From Lophium mytilinum (lineage: Eukaryota): a DNA stretch of 64,000 nt. The notes under the pieces were generated by a model. It saw only the letters and a list, made by a program, of their open reading frames with translations, ran no database searches and had not been told where the DNA came from. Below are positions 22,585 through 36,104 of the stretch, piece by piece. Where the stretch lies: assembly GCA_010093605.1 (NCBI GenBank), contig MU004184.1, positions 2,242,801-2,306,800 of the forward strand. The letters are read 5' to 3'. Position numbers and translations under genes: made by a program. Every line of letters begins with the position of its first letter. Position 1 is the first letter of the stretch.

Positions 22585-25035
22585 ATGAAGTCGGTAGTCA
22601 TCATCGGCGCTGGTCCCGCTGGACTGGTAGCTGCAAAGACGTTCCTCCACACAAAACCTGCCGAACTCGAGATAAAGATCTTGGAGCAACAAGATCGCGT
22701 GGGAGGCATGTGGGCCGTGCAGAAGGGTGATCCTAGAGGGAAGGTAGATCCCGAGATGCCGACGAACCTCAGCAGGTTCACGGTAGCCTTCTCTGATTTG
22801 TCCTGGAACTCTGTAGACCTGGATGATGGGTCGGACAGTGAAAACCGGCATATACCCATGTTCCCGAAAGCCTGGCAGGTCGGTAACTATCTAGAAACAT
22901 ACAGGCGTAGATACATACCCGAGGAAGTGCTCCATCTGAACTCCAGGGTGACAAAGGTAGAAAAGGTATTACAGGGAGGAGCCGACAAGTGGAAGGTTGA
23001 ATATGAAAGCACTCTCGATCCGCAATCCCAAGGTGCAAGTAAATCCTCCGAGACGCATTGTTCTTTCCATGATTTCCTGGTCGTCGGTAGCGGCTTCTTC
23101 TCCTCACCTCGACCCCTGAAAATCGACTACTCTGAAGGAGCCGACAACTTACATTCGTTCCCACCAAGGACCCTGCACAGCTCGGAGTTTCGTCATCTAT
23201 CTTACCTTTTGCCAGATGGACTTGACGAGGGCGGTAACATCGTTGTTGTAGGAGGAGGTATTAGCGGATCGGAGGCAGCAGCAAAGGCGGCTTTTCAGAT
23301 ATCGAACGCCAAATATGGCGCTGTCGAAAATACTAAATTGGGAAACCAAAAGGTCTATCATGTTCTCTCACGTCCATTCTATTGTTTGCCCAGGTATCTG
23401 CCCCAGGATCCTTACAGTCCCAACAAGCAGGACTACAATATCGCTCCTACGTTTCTGCCCCTCGACGCCTGCATGTACAATCTTACACGTCGACCAGCTG
23501 GCCCAATTACTCCAGCGCATGGTCGTATGCCTCCAGAAAGAGCTTTGAAGTCCCATCAATACATTCGATCCATGCTTGGCGGAGACCAAAGAGACTTGGG
23601 ATATCCCGAGCTCGTATACAACCAACAACAACAAGAATATCCTTCCTATACCGGTATCGTGGACACGTACTCTGAATTTGTACGGTCAAAGACCATCATT
23701 CCCGTCCGTGGCAGAGTCAGCCACATGGGTACAAGTTCGAGAACTGAAACCGACTCTGGCACCCCAATCGGCTTTGTGAAAGCGACGGGTGACCCACCTT
23801 GGGATCTACCTGGCCAGCCGGTCCGTATTATTCATCTCCTTCTATTAGGCCCATTCCCCAACATTCCAAAGCACATCTCTGGCGTGGATCGGTTAGATGC
23901 TTCATGTAGCCGTGCACTGGTATCTGAACTGACAGAGTCATAGGAAACCACCATCAGCAACGTGAATGTGGTGATTTGCGCCACTGGATTCACTCCGCAT
24001 ACCTCGATCGACTGGCTACCTTCAGAAGTACACGTCGCAATGGAGCGGTCTCTGCGCTCACATCGGCTACCTCTTCTGCTACAGCGCTATTCCATCTTCA
24101 ATGATAATGCGCCTAACATTGCGTTCGTTGGCTTTTATGAAGGACCATTCTGGGGTGTCATGGAAATGCAGGCTCGTCTCATCCACGCAAGGTGGTCCCA
24201 AACCGGAGAAGAGTCCGTTCCGGTCGCCCCCTCAGCTACTGTCAAAGAATCCCAGGACGAACTCTTGGAGATGCGCAATTTGAGAGATGCCATGTCTCGA
24301 CAGTTGGACGATGTCCCTCAATTCTGGATGAACGACTATGTCGGCTTGATGGAAGCCTGTGCGCGCGAACTCGGGATCCAGCGAGACGATGCCGGGTGGG
24401 GTGAACGACAAGGCCCTTGCACAGCGGCAAGGTATACAAATAAAGGAACTGATCGGCAAGAGAGCGATATGATCACCAGGGGACTTCGAAACATGGTGGA
24501 TGACTCGGTTGGAGAGGGACGATTCGTCGCTGCAGCTGTCTTTAGGGCTATGCAAGGTGCTTGGATCCTGCGTCGAAAACTTGATAGCCGCCTTCCAGGA
24601 TTCCCCTCTGGCACATTCAAAGGGACAGCCAAATTTTTCCCAAGGTCGTCAACCGATCCAGACTTTACTTCTGAATACCTTTACATTGAGGAAGGCACGC
24701 TCAAGACTGATACTGGACTCATTCTCCAAGCTAATCGAAGATACGTTTACCGATACAACGAGAAGCTGGACAAGATCAGTGCTTGGTTCGTAAAAGAAGA
24801 TGGTAGGACAGTGGACTACTTCTTCAACGAAATGGAGTTCCAAATGCCCTCCACAGAGACTGACTCCAAGGGCAAAGGATGGCTTGCCAAGGGATCCCAT
24901 CTCTGTGAGGAAGACATGTATGAATCGAGTTATGAGTTCAGATTTGCCGGGTCAAACTTGCAGAACTTTGGTATCACTTACCAGGTGAAGGGGCCGAAGA
25001 AAGATTACACGAGTGAGGCCTGGTACGAGAGATGA
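22585..25035 (+). CDS. Flavin-dependent monooxygenase (FMO-like) with extra C-terminal domain (DUF6314-like); intron 23821-23943
   Basis: GAGPAG FAD motif, LHSSEF, GGGISG and ICATGF. The C-terminal ~150 aa (GAWILRRKL...YLYIEEG...RRYVYRY...HLCEEDMY...VKGPKKDY) form a distinct domain. Confidence 0.88.
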
Positions 25036-26908
25036 TTTTGTCGAACTGTGTCGACCCTCATCCGAGTTCAGAACCTCTCAATTTCACCCAGCATCCGCAG
25101 CCCCCTCAACACGGCCCAAAGACATAGTCTCCCGCGTGCCCATGGCCATCAACACTACCACTATCATGAAATTAGACGTTGCGCCGAGCATCTTCTGCGA
25201 GGAGCAGTGTGGTGTTCAGTATGTTTTACGTCGTCGAGAGCGCTCCCCGGACGTCGTATGCTAGTATGGAATCGTTCACCCTCTCAGAATGTCTCAATCT
25301 CCCGCCATTGAATCACCGGCTTTTGCCAGTAGTCTGCATCTTTATCATTCGTAGAAAGTTGAATCGTATAGACAGCATGCATTAGGAGTTCCTATTTTCC
25401 AAGCAGTCCATCTCGCAATGCATTTCTTTCCGCGTGTCTCTTGTATAACTAGCTCGTCAGTCCAACGTCAGCACTCAGTAGTACCGCAAGCACACGCGCA
25501 CATCGTTTAACAGGACACTGGATCGCAAATTGACATATCTGACTCTGTCATCTGAGGCCATTCCAGACGAGACCCAATAAAATATGTCGTAAGAGCGCTC
25601 ACTACGTCCAGTCTGCCGCAGACTTCCCATTGTCTCGGGCCTGATACCTGATGGGCCGTACGTCCGACTCCATCCCGTCATTGCGTCCAGGTCGAACCTA
25701 CACAACGCTTCTTTTTGGTCTTTCTTATACCAATGCTATCTGAGTCTGCTCTCAAAGGGGAAGCGACCCCCGATTGCGACCTTACCTCTTCCTATTCCGA
25801 TCATGCAGCTTTGCGGTAGTGTGGCACCAAACTCGGGGTCAACATTAGCTAATTTTGATAGGCTTATCTGGCATATGACTCGAAGCACGTTATGTCACAG
25901 TGATCGCCCCATGTCTGAAGTTGAATGAGACCATCACTGGGCAATGGCTCGACGGTGGATGGAACCTACCGATCGTTGGTTGACATTCTGTTGAAGCATT
26001 GGGTTCGTGTGAACTGATGAGAGGTCCAGTGCTAGCCCAAACCGCGATCTCGAGGTTCTTCCTTGTTAGAATCCACAATCAGACACGACCAGGCTCGTCT
26101 GGTTGCGCAAGACCGGGAACAGCTTCTCGCGGTGCTTCCTGCACAGCACCTACTGGTAAGAGAAGCCAACATTTCGATGGCTCGTCGGTATGCATGCCTT
26201 GGTTGATACCACTATTGATTATTTCCTCCCGTGTCCGGGCTTCCCATCGGCCACCAAATACTGGGACTACTTCAAATGCTGATGACGAAAGATGACGAAT
26301 GAGCTTCAGGCATTTCTGTAATACCACTGCAAATCCAGATCTCAAGAATATGTCGCTAGTACTCTGTGCCAGTTGTCAGGTCTCATAGCCCCCCAAGCCA
26401 ATGAAACAGTCGTAACGTGGTACTATTTCAACGGTCCTTGCATCGCGTACCCGAGATAATTACCACTCTCAGACAAATTTCGACGACATGCTTCCTCTGA
26501 AACACTAGGAGGTGTTTCCAGACGCTTCTATCCACGAGCACAGCGACCATGCTGGTAGAAGGTACACCAATACCGGCCTCGCTTGATCTGAACCTCGTTG
26601 GATGGTGGCTGAAAACGGGCGCTATCATCGGTTCGCTTGACATCTCGTATACTGGTCTGTGTGGGTAGAATCTACTTCGGATCAGATAGTGAGTTCCCGA
26701 TGAGACTTCTTTGGGAGAAGGTCTCTGCTCAGCTGCTTACCGCCAATGGATATATATTCAAGCATTGCCAGGCTTCACCTGAATATGTTTCGTACACGCC
26801 GGATCCTTCACTTGGAATAAGTGTAGTCTTTGCGCATCTTGTCCCTTACGACAAACCTTCTGCCTCGTCCTTGGAAGTTACCGATCCGTGTCTCTAAAGC
26901 GGAAAGCA

Positions 26909-27657
26909 ATGTCATACATCATAAGCATATTGGTGGTTGCGCTCGTTACCTTGGCTGCGGCAAGCCCTACTCCCACGCCTTGTTCTCACAACCTATGTTA
27001 CACCGCCACAAATGAGTGCGGTCAAGGATACGGAGGGTACGCTATTCACAAATTCGTTTTCTTTATTGAAGGCATTAGCTGATCCAGTCTACAAAGCTGT
27101 TGGGAAGCTTGTGATGGTGCTGCGACTAGGTCGCTGAAGACATTCTTGAGGCCGCCATGCTCAGAGACCTCTACTATTACCCACAGCATACCCGTAGTAA
27201 CATCGAACGCGATCACATCTACTACAATGATACCTATCGCGGACAACGCTACCGTTGTCACATCAGTCGCGATTACGCCTACCGAAGCCATAGCTCCTGC
27301 CAACAACTTCACAGCGGTCCCAACTACGACTGCCCCCGAGATAATGCCTGTCCGAATCGAAGAAGCGAAATGCTCACCGTCGACTCTCTGCGTTGATGCT
27401 ATCATGTATTGCGGCGAAGCTACTATGCGATACGGCGGGTAAGATGACCTTCAGATTTAATCTGATTTCTGCTCTAGTAAAGCTGATTACTGACATGTCT
27501 CTGCAGCTGCTACGATGTCTGCACCGCAACTATCACGACGCCTTCATGCTCTGTTACCGCTTCCGTGTCCTCCACGACTTACACGTCTAAGGCAACGAAG
27601 AAATCAAAGGCGGTGAAGGCTGTGTGTACAGCGGGGAGATTTTGTCCAGCTTGGTAG
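26909..27657 (+). CDS. Secreted Thr/Ser-rich protein with two Cys-rich modules (3 exons)
   Basis: Signal peptide; CSHNLCYTATNECGQGYGG|CWEAC...PPC and CSPSTLCVDAIMYCGEATMRYGG|CYDVC...PSC; ends CTAGRFCPAW*. Confidence 0.8.
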
Positions 27658-29613
27658 CTGGAACATGTCTTTTGAAGAGGGTTCGGGTTTGTGGATGAGT
27701 TTCTTTCGTACCTGTATTTCGCTTCGTCTTTTGTCTTAAATAGGAGGTGTTGAGAGAGTAACAGTATTAGTGACTTCTTCTTTGCGCGTTTTAATACCTT
27801 TATGTACCTGGGCGATTGGCGAGCGGAAGGGAAATCTCATTTCTTACTTTTCTATTCATTTCCTGCGCTTCTCGCCTTTACAAGTAGATGCATGGGATCA
27901 AAAGATCAAATTTTCCAAGCACAACCTTCTGGCCTATGAGCAAGTATAAGAAAGTTGCTTGAGAAAGATACTCATGTAAAGGAAATCGAAGATAGCTAAC
28001 GGCATCCGGTACTTGGTGTGCGTTCGGGGCCATGAATACACCTAATCTTTGGATCAACTCTACTAGATATAGCTGGAGATCGTCGTGAGACATCTATCTG
28101 CTCTAGTAGAGAAGACACACTAGGAGCTGAGGACTATTACGCATCTCGAATCACAGTACTCTTCAACTGCTTGCACGATGACTTCGGGCCGCTCGAAGCT
28201 AGAATTGGCAACTTGGCATCTGAAAAGAACCGTTCCTACTTCGCACTCTGGGCTGCATTGAAGTCACTTCTGGAGATCGAACACATTTGGACGGTGTAGA
28301 CCTTCGATACTATCCATTATAGGAAATGCAGAACTCATTGCGTTCAACTAGGTCCTGTTTGGGGTAATTCACTTGAGGCCGCACCTATCCGGCCGAGGTG
28401 CAGGTCAGGCTTCCGTGGAGGGTCTTCATACTTTGCTACTGAATACCCCTGAAGGTATAGAGGCCGGAAAAAAGTCTTTGATCTACGATATGTGGAAGGG
28501 GAAGAATTGGATGTACAATGAAGGTGGAAATGGATTCAAAACGCATGCTACTACTGCCGCTTTGCTCACTGAAGTGACTGGTACACGCACTGTACTATTC
28601 CGAAGAGAAGGGAGGTCACACGAAGCCCTCAAAAGGTCACCCGTACCCTGGGCCAAAATAGAAGTCGCTATAACATCTTTCAAGCACATCTTCCAGCCCT
28701 GACAAAGACAAGAAGCCTGGCCGGTGATAGGCGGGAAGCTCTTAGGAGATTAGATAGCCAAAGGTGACCCCTATCATCCATCCTGGGTGACATGAGAGGA
28801 GGGCTAGAAAACGACGCCTTCTTCTGACATATTCCGTAGCTAAAACTGTGTTAGCGGTGGTGTTAAGAAGATCCAGAAGCATGTATCGGTGATCGTAATC
28901 GACTATCAATCGCTGTTATATTCCGAAAGCGTCGTGCTCATCCCGTGACAGCTGCTGAAGCCTGAAATGTGAATGTTGGGTTTCCTGTACTGTCAGCTAG
29001 ACTTAAACTCTCTCTTCCATGAATGTTTACTCCACAAAACCCTACCAGGAAAGCATTACCCGTAAAACATGGTCTTGACGGACACGACACGTGACCCGGA
29101 GAATCGTTCATCCATCCGTCAATCTCTCTGGGTTGACTTCAATCTCAGTGTGGTCTCTGCCTTTGACCGGTACTAACCTTGGAACTCTAGTCCGGCAGCA
29201 TCTCGAAGTTGCTTCTCCATCAAGATCTTGAGCTGCGGCTTCACGACGGCCAGGCAGGCGGCCTGACAATCCGATTCTAGCCTCAGCCTTGACTCGACCC
29301 CCAGTCGTATCTCTGCCCACAGCCTGATCGTGGCGAAGCGGACTATAGGCACCAGCAACTAACTGCAACGAAGCGCATAGCACACGACAGTTAAGTCAAG
29401 TCTTTCTACCATCTCGTGGTGACGGTGGCAGTGCCGCAGCGAAACTAGGCGGCAGACACCAGGCAACACCGATATCTTCACTGCACTCATTGAGTCACCA
29501 ATCACACCCCGGTCACGGCCAGCGAGCCGAGAGACCTCATCACCTGCTACAAATACAGCCTGATAGTGACTTTTCTCCTTCTCTCCTCCACTCCAGACCA
29601 CCCCTCCTCCACC

Positions 29614-30939
29614 ATGGCTACCCGACACACATGCGCCGTCTGCGGGTCGCGGAAACTCAGCGGAGCTTTCCCTCTGGGCACGTCTGGGAGCAGGGTTACC
29701 GCGACATGCAGTGAATGTCTTGGCAAGGCTCTACGCGGCGACGAGGCTTGGACCGGGCTTGGCTTGCGCGCGGATCAAAACAGCCAGGAGGGCGTTCAAC
29801 CCGCTGGTGTCGCTAACCACGAAGATGGCGGAGAGGCGTCTGATACCAACCCGACCGTGCTCGAATCTACGAGGAAGCGCAAACGCCGAAACCCCACAGG
29901 ATACCCGCCGACCAAACGTCGCAAGCAGCGCAAGGAACCCAAACCGCCTCCACCGCTGTCGGCGACCTGCCGTATCTGTGTCGAAGAAAAAGACGTCAGC
30001 GAGTTCGTCAGGAACGCTCGGAGCCGGAGGTTTGCAACCGCCATCCCCTTTGAATGCATGGCCCACCTAAGCCACAAAATAAACGGCGCGCCTAACAAGG
30101 CCGGTGGTGCTGTCTGCAAGAGCTGTATCGGCAACTCGCTGGCTGCTGGGCTTGAGAGCATTGGCGCTGAGAACCTGGCCTGTCTGGAACCCGATTGCAC
30201 CGCCGGTCCATGGGACTACGACTATATCAGCCAGTACCTGCCGGCGGAGGCTCTAGAGAACTACCACGAGCAGATGTTCACGACCTTTATGGCTACCGCC
30301 TCTACGTTCAAGTGCCTGAACGCCACGTGCGGCGCTGTTGGGCTTCTGGAGCAGACGGCGCCTGGCTTCCCGAACGTCGTTTGCTCTGCGTGCAGCCATC
30401 GTCACTGCGCGCTGTGTGTGGTGGACTGGCATGAAGACATGTCGTGCCAGGCGTACCGTGCCAAGAACCAGAAGGCACTGATCAGCGCCGAAGAGAAGAC
30501 TGCTTTGAGAATGCTCAACAAGCTGGGGGCGAAGCGTTGCCCGCGCTGTCAGCTGGCGATTGAGAAAGACGGAGGCTGCAACTCAATGTACTGTAAGTTA
30601 GATCCCTACCTTTCTTGCTGATTCGTGACAATCTGATCGGTGATGCTAATGGACATCGTAGGCATCAACTGCAAACGGTACTTTGACTGGAACACGGCTG
30701 AGCCCGTCCTTGGGGTGAGCAAGAAGGCGGCGCCTCTCAAACAGCAGCCCGATTACTGGCGCGAGGTCTGCGAGGCTGATGCCCCTGCCGCTCCTCTACT
30801 TCCGCCTCCACCTCCGCCTCCACCTCCCGCTGCAGCTGGTGGCCTGTTCGGCGCCGCAGACGTGATTTTTGGTGGATTAGACCCTGGTTGGGGGGCTTTC
30901 CAGAATATGCCGCTCCCCGATGAAGACGACGGGCTTTAG
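29614..30939 (+). CDS. RBR-type (RING-IBR-RING) E3 ubiquitin ligase (intron 30593-30661)
   Basis: CRIC...CMAH...CKSC...CLEPDC, an IBR domain (CLNATC...CSAC...CALC...WHEDMSC) and RING2 KRCPRCQLAIEKDGGCNSMYC|INC. Confidence 0.88.
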
Positions 30940-32530
30940 TGGCGTGATGGTGAATGTAGGATGGGTGGTGAAAGGATTTCAAGATCTGCAGACTTGGGAG
31001 CAGTCGATGTGTCCCACTGCTTGACTGGAGTGGATTCATAGGTAGGCGTCGGTATAGGAGTTTCGGCTCGGGAAGATTCTCATGGGGTAACTTAACGACT
31101 TTACGAATATAATGCACACCCAAACCATCTACAAACAGACGATATAGTGGCTTGCTCGTCGTTCGGAGTCCTTGGTGTACCTGTAAAGGTTGGACGTCGT
31201 GATGTCGACGGATCGAAAAATCTGTTAGCCGGGCGACCAATGGGCATATCTATTAAGTGTCCGAGAGCTGGAGCCTAGGTACCCCAGGCAGTGGTAAGCT
31301 TGTCCTAGTCCTGTACCAATTGAGCTATCTTTTTTAGTCTTCTCCTCACCAATAGCCCTGCATAAGTCTCCCGCATTTGTCGTATGATTGCGTAGGCCGT
31401 GCATTGGGCAATACCCTGCGAGGGAGAGTGCTCGTGAAGTACGGACGCTGGATTAAGGAGGCGACCAGCACAAGGACTTCAAGTGTAGAGTCCGAGAGGT
31501 GACGAGGAAATGGATGAGATGCGGTGAAGTGAGCTTCTCCACCATGCCTCTTCCGGATAGCAGCAAGCGGAGATTCAATGATTCGTTGGCGCAGATGCGG
31601 AGTTAATATCGCGGGCGCTGATTGGGCAATTGGAAGCATTGGAAAGCTTGTTCTCGCGCCGGTTCGCCATGGAAACGATCACTTGCAGCCGACCGACGCG
31701 CCAGCGCACAACCGGCATCGTGGGACGAGTGGTCGGAGCATCTTGTTTTTCGCGCGCCTCGGCGAGATGAAACGCGAGTCGAGGGCGTGCCGGGCTGTCT
31801 TTGTGCTGGCGATGCCAATTGCTGGCCGGTGGTTCTGGACGAGCGTGGTTCAGACGAGACGAGGGAGGAAGTGGTGGTCTCCAACGACGCGTCGACAAGG
31901 GAGGATGCGGGTAGCAGCTGGAGGTGCTAGCAGCGGGTGTGGCAAGACGAGACGGGGAGATGCTCGGCCGGCCCCATGTCAGTAGTCAGTAGAGCTTTCT
32001 CCAGCTTCGTGGGTTTCGTGAGTTTGAGGTCTGGCGGGCATATTCATGGCTTCAGTCTCATTCCTCCCGGCTCGGCTCTTCGCGCGTTCCTGCAGGTGGC
32101 CGAGTCCTGGGCAGGGCCATGAAATTGCTTCAAATTTGAAAAGCTCCAGGACTTGCCGCAGAGACAGTAGAGCACTGGCGCCCAGACAGGCCGAAAAGCC
32201 GGTCGCCATGCACCAAGGGCACCTGTGATAAGAAACATTGGCAATCACCACCCGCGGCCTAGCTTGATTGCTGCTTCCTTGGGTGGTGCGCGGGACTACT
32301 TAAACTATCTCGTGCCCCGGTCGCCAGCTTCTTCATTCTTCCGCCAGCCACCCCAGAGTCCACCAGCAAGCATCCAGCTTCAGCGTCCAGCAGCGTGCAT
32401 CGTGAGCCTCACCCCATCATCTATCTTCCCGTAAGCTCATCCCAGCACTCCTCCCCGCGCCGTTGCATGCTAACCGGCTCCTCCACGCACAGACATCAAC
32501 ACTCCACACTCGTCGACTCACCCGATCGCC

Positions 32531-33239
32531 ATGCTCTACGCTTCCCTCCTCCTCGCCGCCTCGGCCTTCTCTGGCCTGGTCGCGGCCCAGAACTACTCTG
32601 CATGCTGCGACATCAACCCCGGCAGCGTCGACCCGCAGCTGCGCCAGACGTGGTGTCGCGCCGAGCAGAACACCTGCCCGGAGCTCTGCGGTGGCATCGG
32701 CAACCTCGCGAATAACGGCAACCTTTGCGATTCGGTGCGTGGGATCAGACACCTGCAATTGGGCTGCTGCTGACTCTGTGCTCTAGAATCTGCTCACCTA
32801 CACCTGCGAGTGCAAGGATGGCACGAAGCCCAATGTGACCAACTACCAGCAGAGCTTGCCCGCCCAGATGTGCCTCACCTGGGTCGAGCAGTGCGTGAAT
32901 GCCAATCCCAACGACCTCATCGGCATCACCGCCTGCCGCGCCATCACTTGCGGCAACAAGACTCTTGGTGAGCTCTCTCGTCTGCAGAAAATAGGAGAAC
33001 GGCGTGCTAATTGACTGCCAGATTCCGCTGCTTCCTCCTCTTCCGCCGCGGCCTCTTCAACCGCTGCGCCCTCGTCGACTGGCAAGGCCTCGGGCAGCGC
33101 CTCTGTCACCGCTGCCTCTGCGACCTCGACTACCTCGAAAGGCGCCGCCGCCGCCGCGACCGCTATGGGCCTGGTCAAGGACTTTGGCACCCCGGTCCTC
33201 GCTGCGGGCATGATGGCCGTGTTCGGGCTTGCGCTGTAG
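32531..33239 (+). CDS. Cys-rich secreted, probably GPI-anchored protein (3 exons)
   Basis: Signal peptide; WCRAEQNTCPELC...YTCEC...SLPAQMC..WVEQCV...C...CG; Ser/Thr/Ala-rich stalk; hydrophobic C-terminus VLAAGMMAVFGLAL*. Confidence 0.85.
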
Positions 33240-34289
33240 TTGCTGGAGAAGGATGATGGGACGTGGCGGTAATACGATGGTAATGCGATGGTAATGAGAT
33301 GAGGTGATTACGGCGATGATGGGTTGCATTTTAGCGATCAGGATGACTAGTAGGGGGATTCATTATAATGTTATTTGCAAGTAGCATTGACAATTGGAGA
33401 CTCTGCTTTTGAACGGAACCGAACACGAGTTTTGCTTTCTTTGCTGGGCTTGAACGTGACGGCTGAAGGATCTTTGACTTACTGCTACCTTACTTAGCAG
33501 CTGGATGCAGGTTTCGCCATCCTTTTTTAGTTTACACGTTCTCTGTCGCGTCTCGAATATGTGTACAAGTGATAAGCACGATCTGTTGAGCGTTGGGTGC
33601 TATCAATCATGGCGCTACCGAGAAAGCATCCATGGATGAGTAGAATTCCAAGTGAGATAAGCTACAACGGTTGCCCTCTATTGGCTGACTTTAACAAGGC
33701 TGGATGTCCCGTGTATTGAGCTGCAACCCTCATGTATCGACGTGCCCTTGCATTTGGGCACACGGATGTCGCTGCTTCGGCTCCGTTTTTGCTCAATCGA
33801 CACCACTGGGAGGAATACCCAAGCTAGCACGTATGGGCTTCGTCAAAAGGATGTCCATTCTCCATTGCCTTAGCCATTATATCGTAGTGAGAATTGTATA
33901 AGCCGAGCGAGGTACCCCAAGGAGTGCTGTACGAATTACTCAAGCTTAGACCTTCACAAGCAAAATAAACGTAACAATTGAGCTCATTCGGACGCCTTCT
34001 TCGTGTAGCCGAGCTAGCTCCCGAGGCTCAATTGCGAAAGCCATAATTCTCGCTACGATGCCTAGGTAAACACTCAGAAAACCTCCAAAAGTGACCGCCA
34101 AGTCTCACATGCAGAAGCAAGAATCCCAGGCGGCATTATCGATAAGGGAAGGTGCAGCAGACCCCGGCAGGTGATCGCATTTTTGGGTTCAACGATTCAA
34201 CAAGCCAGGGCGACCTGTTGGCGTTCAACACCTCCGCGTGCCCGCTTCCCCAGACCTTTAGCCTCCGCAATCCTGATCTTCCCCGCCGA

Positions 34290-35772
34290 ATGCTCAATCT
34301 GCTCTCCACGACCGCCAGAGGAATTTCCTGCCCTACGACACAAACTGCTCGTCTGGCACATCGCTTTCGCCACAGGTTTTCGACCCCGACGTCACTGCTC
34401 CAGCCAGGAACGTACAGCACCCAGCACAACATGGCGACTCTAGGAGCTTTGAAGAAGCACAAGGTGACCATTGTGGGGTCCGGCAACTGGTATGCAAGCC
34501 TGTACTTATAATCATGCCCAGCTAAATGATGTAGGGGCACTACAATGGCGAAGCTTGTTGCCGAAAACACAAAAATCCACACGGATCTGTTCGAAGAGAC
34601 GGTGCAGATGTGGGTGCACGAGGAACAAGTCACTATTCCCAAGGAGTCGCGACACTTCGACCCTACCTCCGAGCTGGCCAACAAGCCCCAGAAGCTGTCT
34701 GAACTGGTCAACAAGCTGCACGAGAACGTGAAATACCTACCCAATATCACCCTCCCTCCCAACGTCATAGCAAACGCCGACATCGTGGACGCTTGCAAGA
34801 ACTCTACAATCCTGGTGTTTGTGTTGCCGCATCAGTTCATCGCGCGGGCGTGCGACCAGCTCAAGGGCAAGATCGTGCCGTATACGCGAGCGATATCCTG
34901 CACAAAGGGTGTGGACGTCTCCGAGAAGGGCATTCGTCTACTCTCCGAGTCCATAGGAGTTCGTCTAAGCATCTACTGCGGAGCTCTGTCTGGTGCCAAC
35001 ATTGCCTCAGAGATTGCCCAGGAAAAGTACTCCGAGACCACTGTTGCCTATGATCCTCCACCTCTGGATTCCCGTGCGCCCACCCCCAAAGGCTCTCCTA
35101 CTTCCTCTAACGTCGACTTGATCTCACCGAGTAATCCCAATCCGTCTGCTCGCTCTGCCAGATTGCAGGCCCTACCGTCAGACTATCCACCTCTGTCCCA
35201 CGAGAACGTCCGCAAGCTATTCCATCGCCCGTACTTCCATGTGCGCCTGGTCTCGGACGTGGCAGGTGTATCTCTTGGCGGCGCTCTCAAGAACATCATC
35301 GCTCTAGCTGCCGGCTTTGTCGATGGTCTCGGCTGGGGTGACAACGCGAAAGCTGCCGTGATGCGTGTGGGTATCTTGGAGATGGTGGCGTTCGGCAAGG
35401 CATTCTTTGAAGACTCCGTCCACGCCAGTACCTTTACCGAGGAGAGCTGTGGTGTTGCCGATGTTGTGACTAGCTGTATGGGCGGTCGCAACTTCAAGTG
35501 CGCAAAGATGGCTATTGAGAAGGGGATCAGCATTGATGAAGTGGAGAAGACGCAGCTGAACGGACAGAAGCTGCAGGGAACGAGCACGGCGTATGAGGTG
35601 AACAGCTTCTTGAAGAGCCAGGGGATGGAGGCCAAATTTCCGTTGTTCACTGCGGTCTACAGTAAGTTCAGACTCCTGTCTTGACATGACAGGTTGACTA
35701 ATGAATGCAGATATCCTGGAAGGCAATGTGAAGCCTGAACAGATCCCGGATCTTATTGAGTCAAAGAGCTAA
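34290..35772 (+). CDS. GPD1: NAD-dependent glycerol-3-phosphate dehydrogenase (alternative start at 34431; 3 exons)
   Basis: [58 protein letters not shown] and GGRN motifs; last exon ends PDLIESKS*. Confidence 0.96.
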
Positions 35773-36104
35773 GTTACTGAAGCACGATATCGTTTCCTCA
35801 GCATTGCATAGTATGAGAAGGACCTCGGGAGGCGTCGAAAGGTCAGTGGGCAGGATTGGCAATACCCCAGTGTTGGCCTTGGGCGGACATGCACTTTGAC
35901 TAGTAGCGTTCGTAGAAACAGCAAATATGAGCAACCATTAGCACTACTGTACACATCGAAATGCCCATAATCATCCACCAGGCTTCCAATCTCGAAGAGC
36001 AGGGGTGCTTGCATATAATACTTGCATCTGGAGGAGTCATTGTCTTGACAGGGATCTGGTTGGCCAGCATTCTGCCCCACTAACGCCGACGCTTGTGGGA
36101 GACG

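Noticed and set aside
27892..28702. Possible decayed gene (one + frame from ATG 27892 with four stops, plus ORF 28373-28702)
   Set aside because: No recognisable motif, and the stop density is not clearly different from chance. It needs blastx.
35650..35815. Cryptic peroxisomal signal in GPD1 via readthrough or intron retention
   Set aside because: The spliced end is SKS*, the intron-retained end is LLS*, and the readthrough extension ends SIA*. None is a PTS1.
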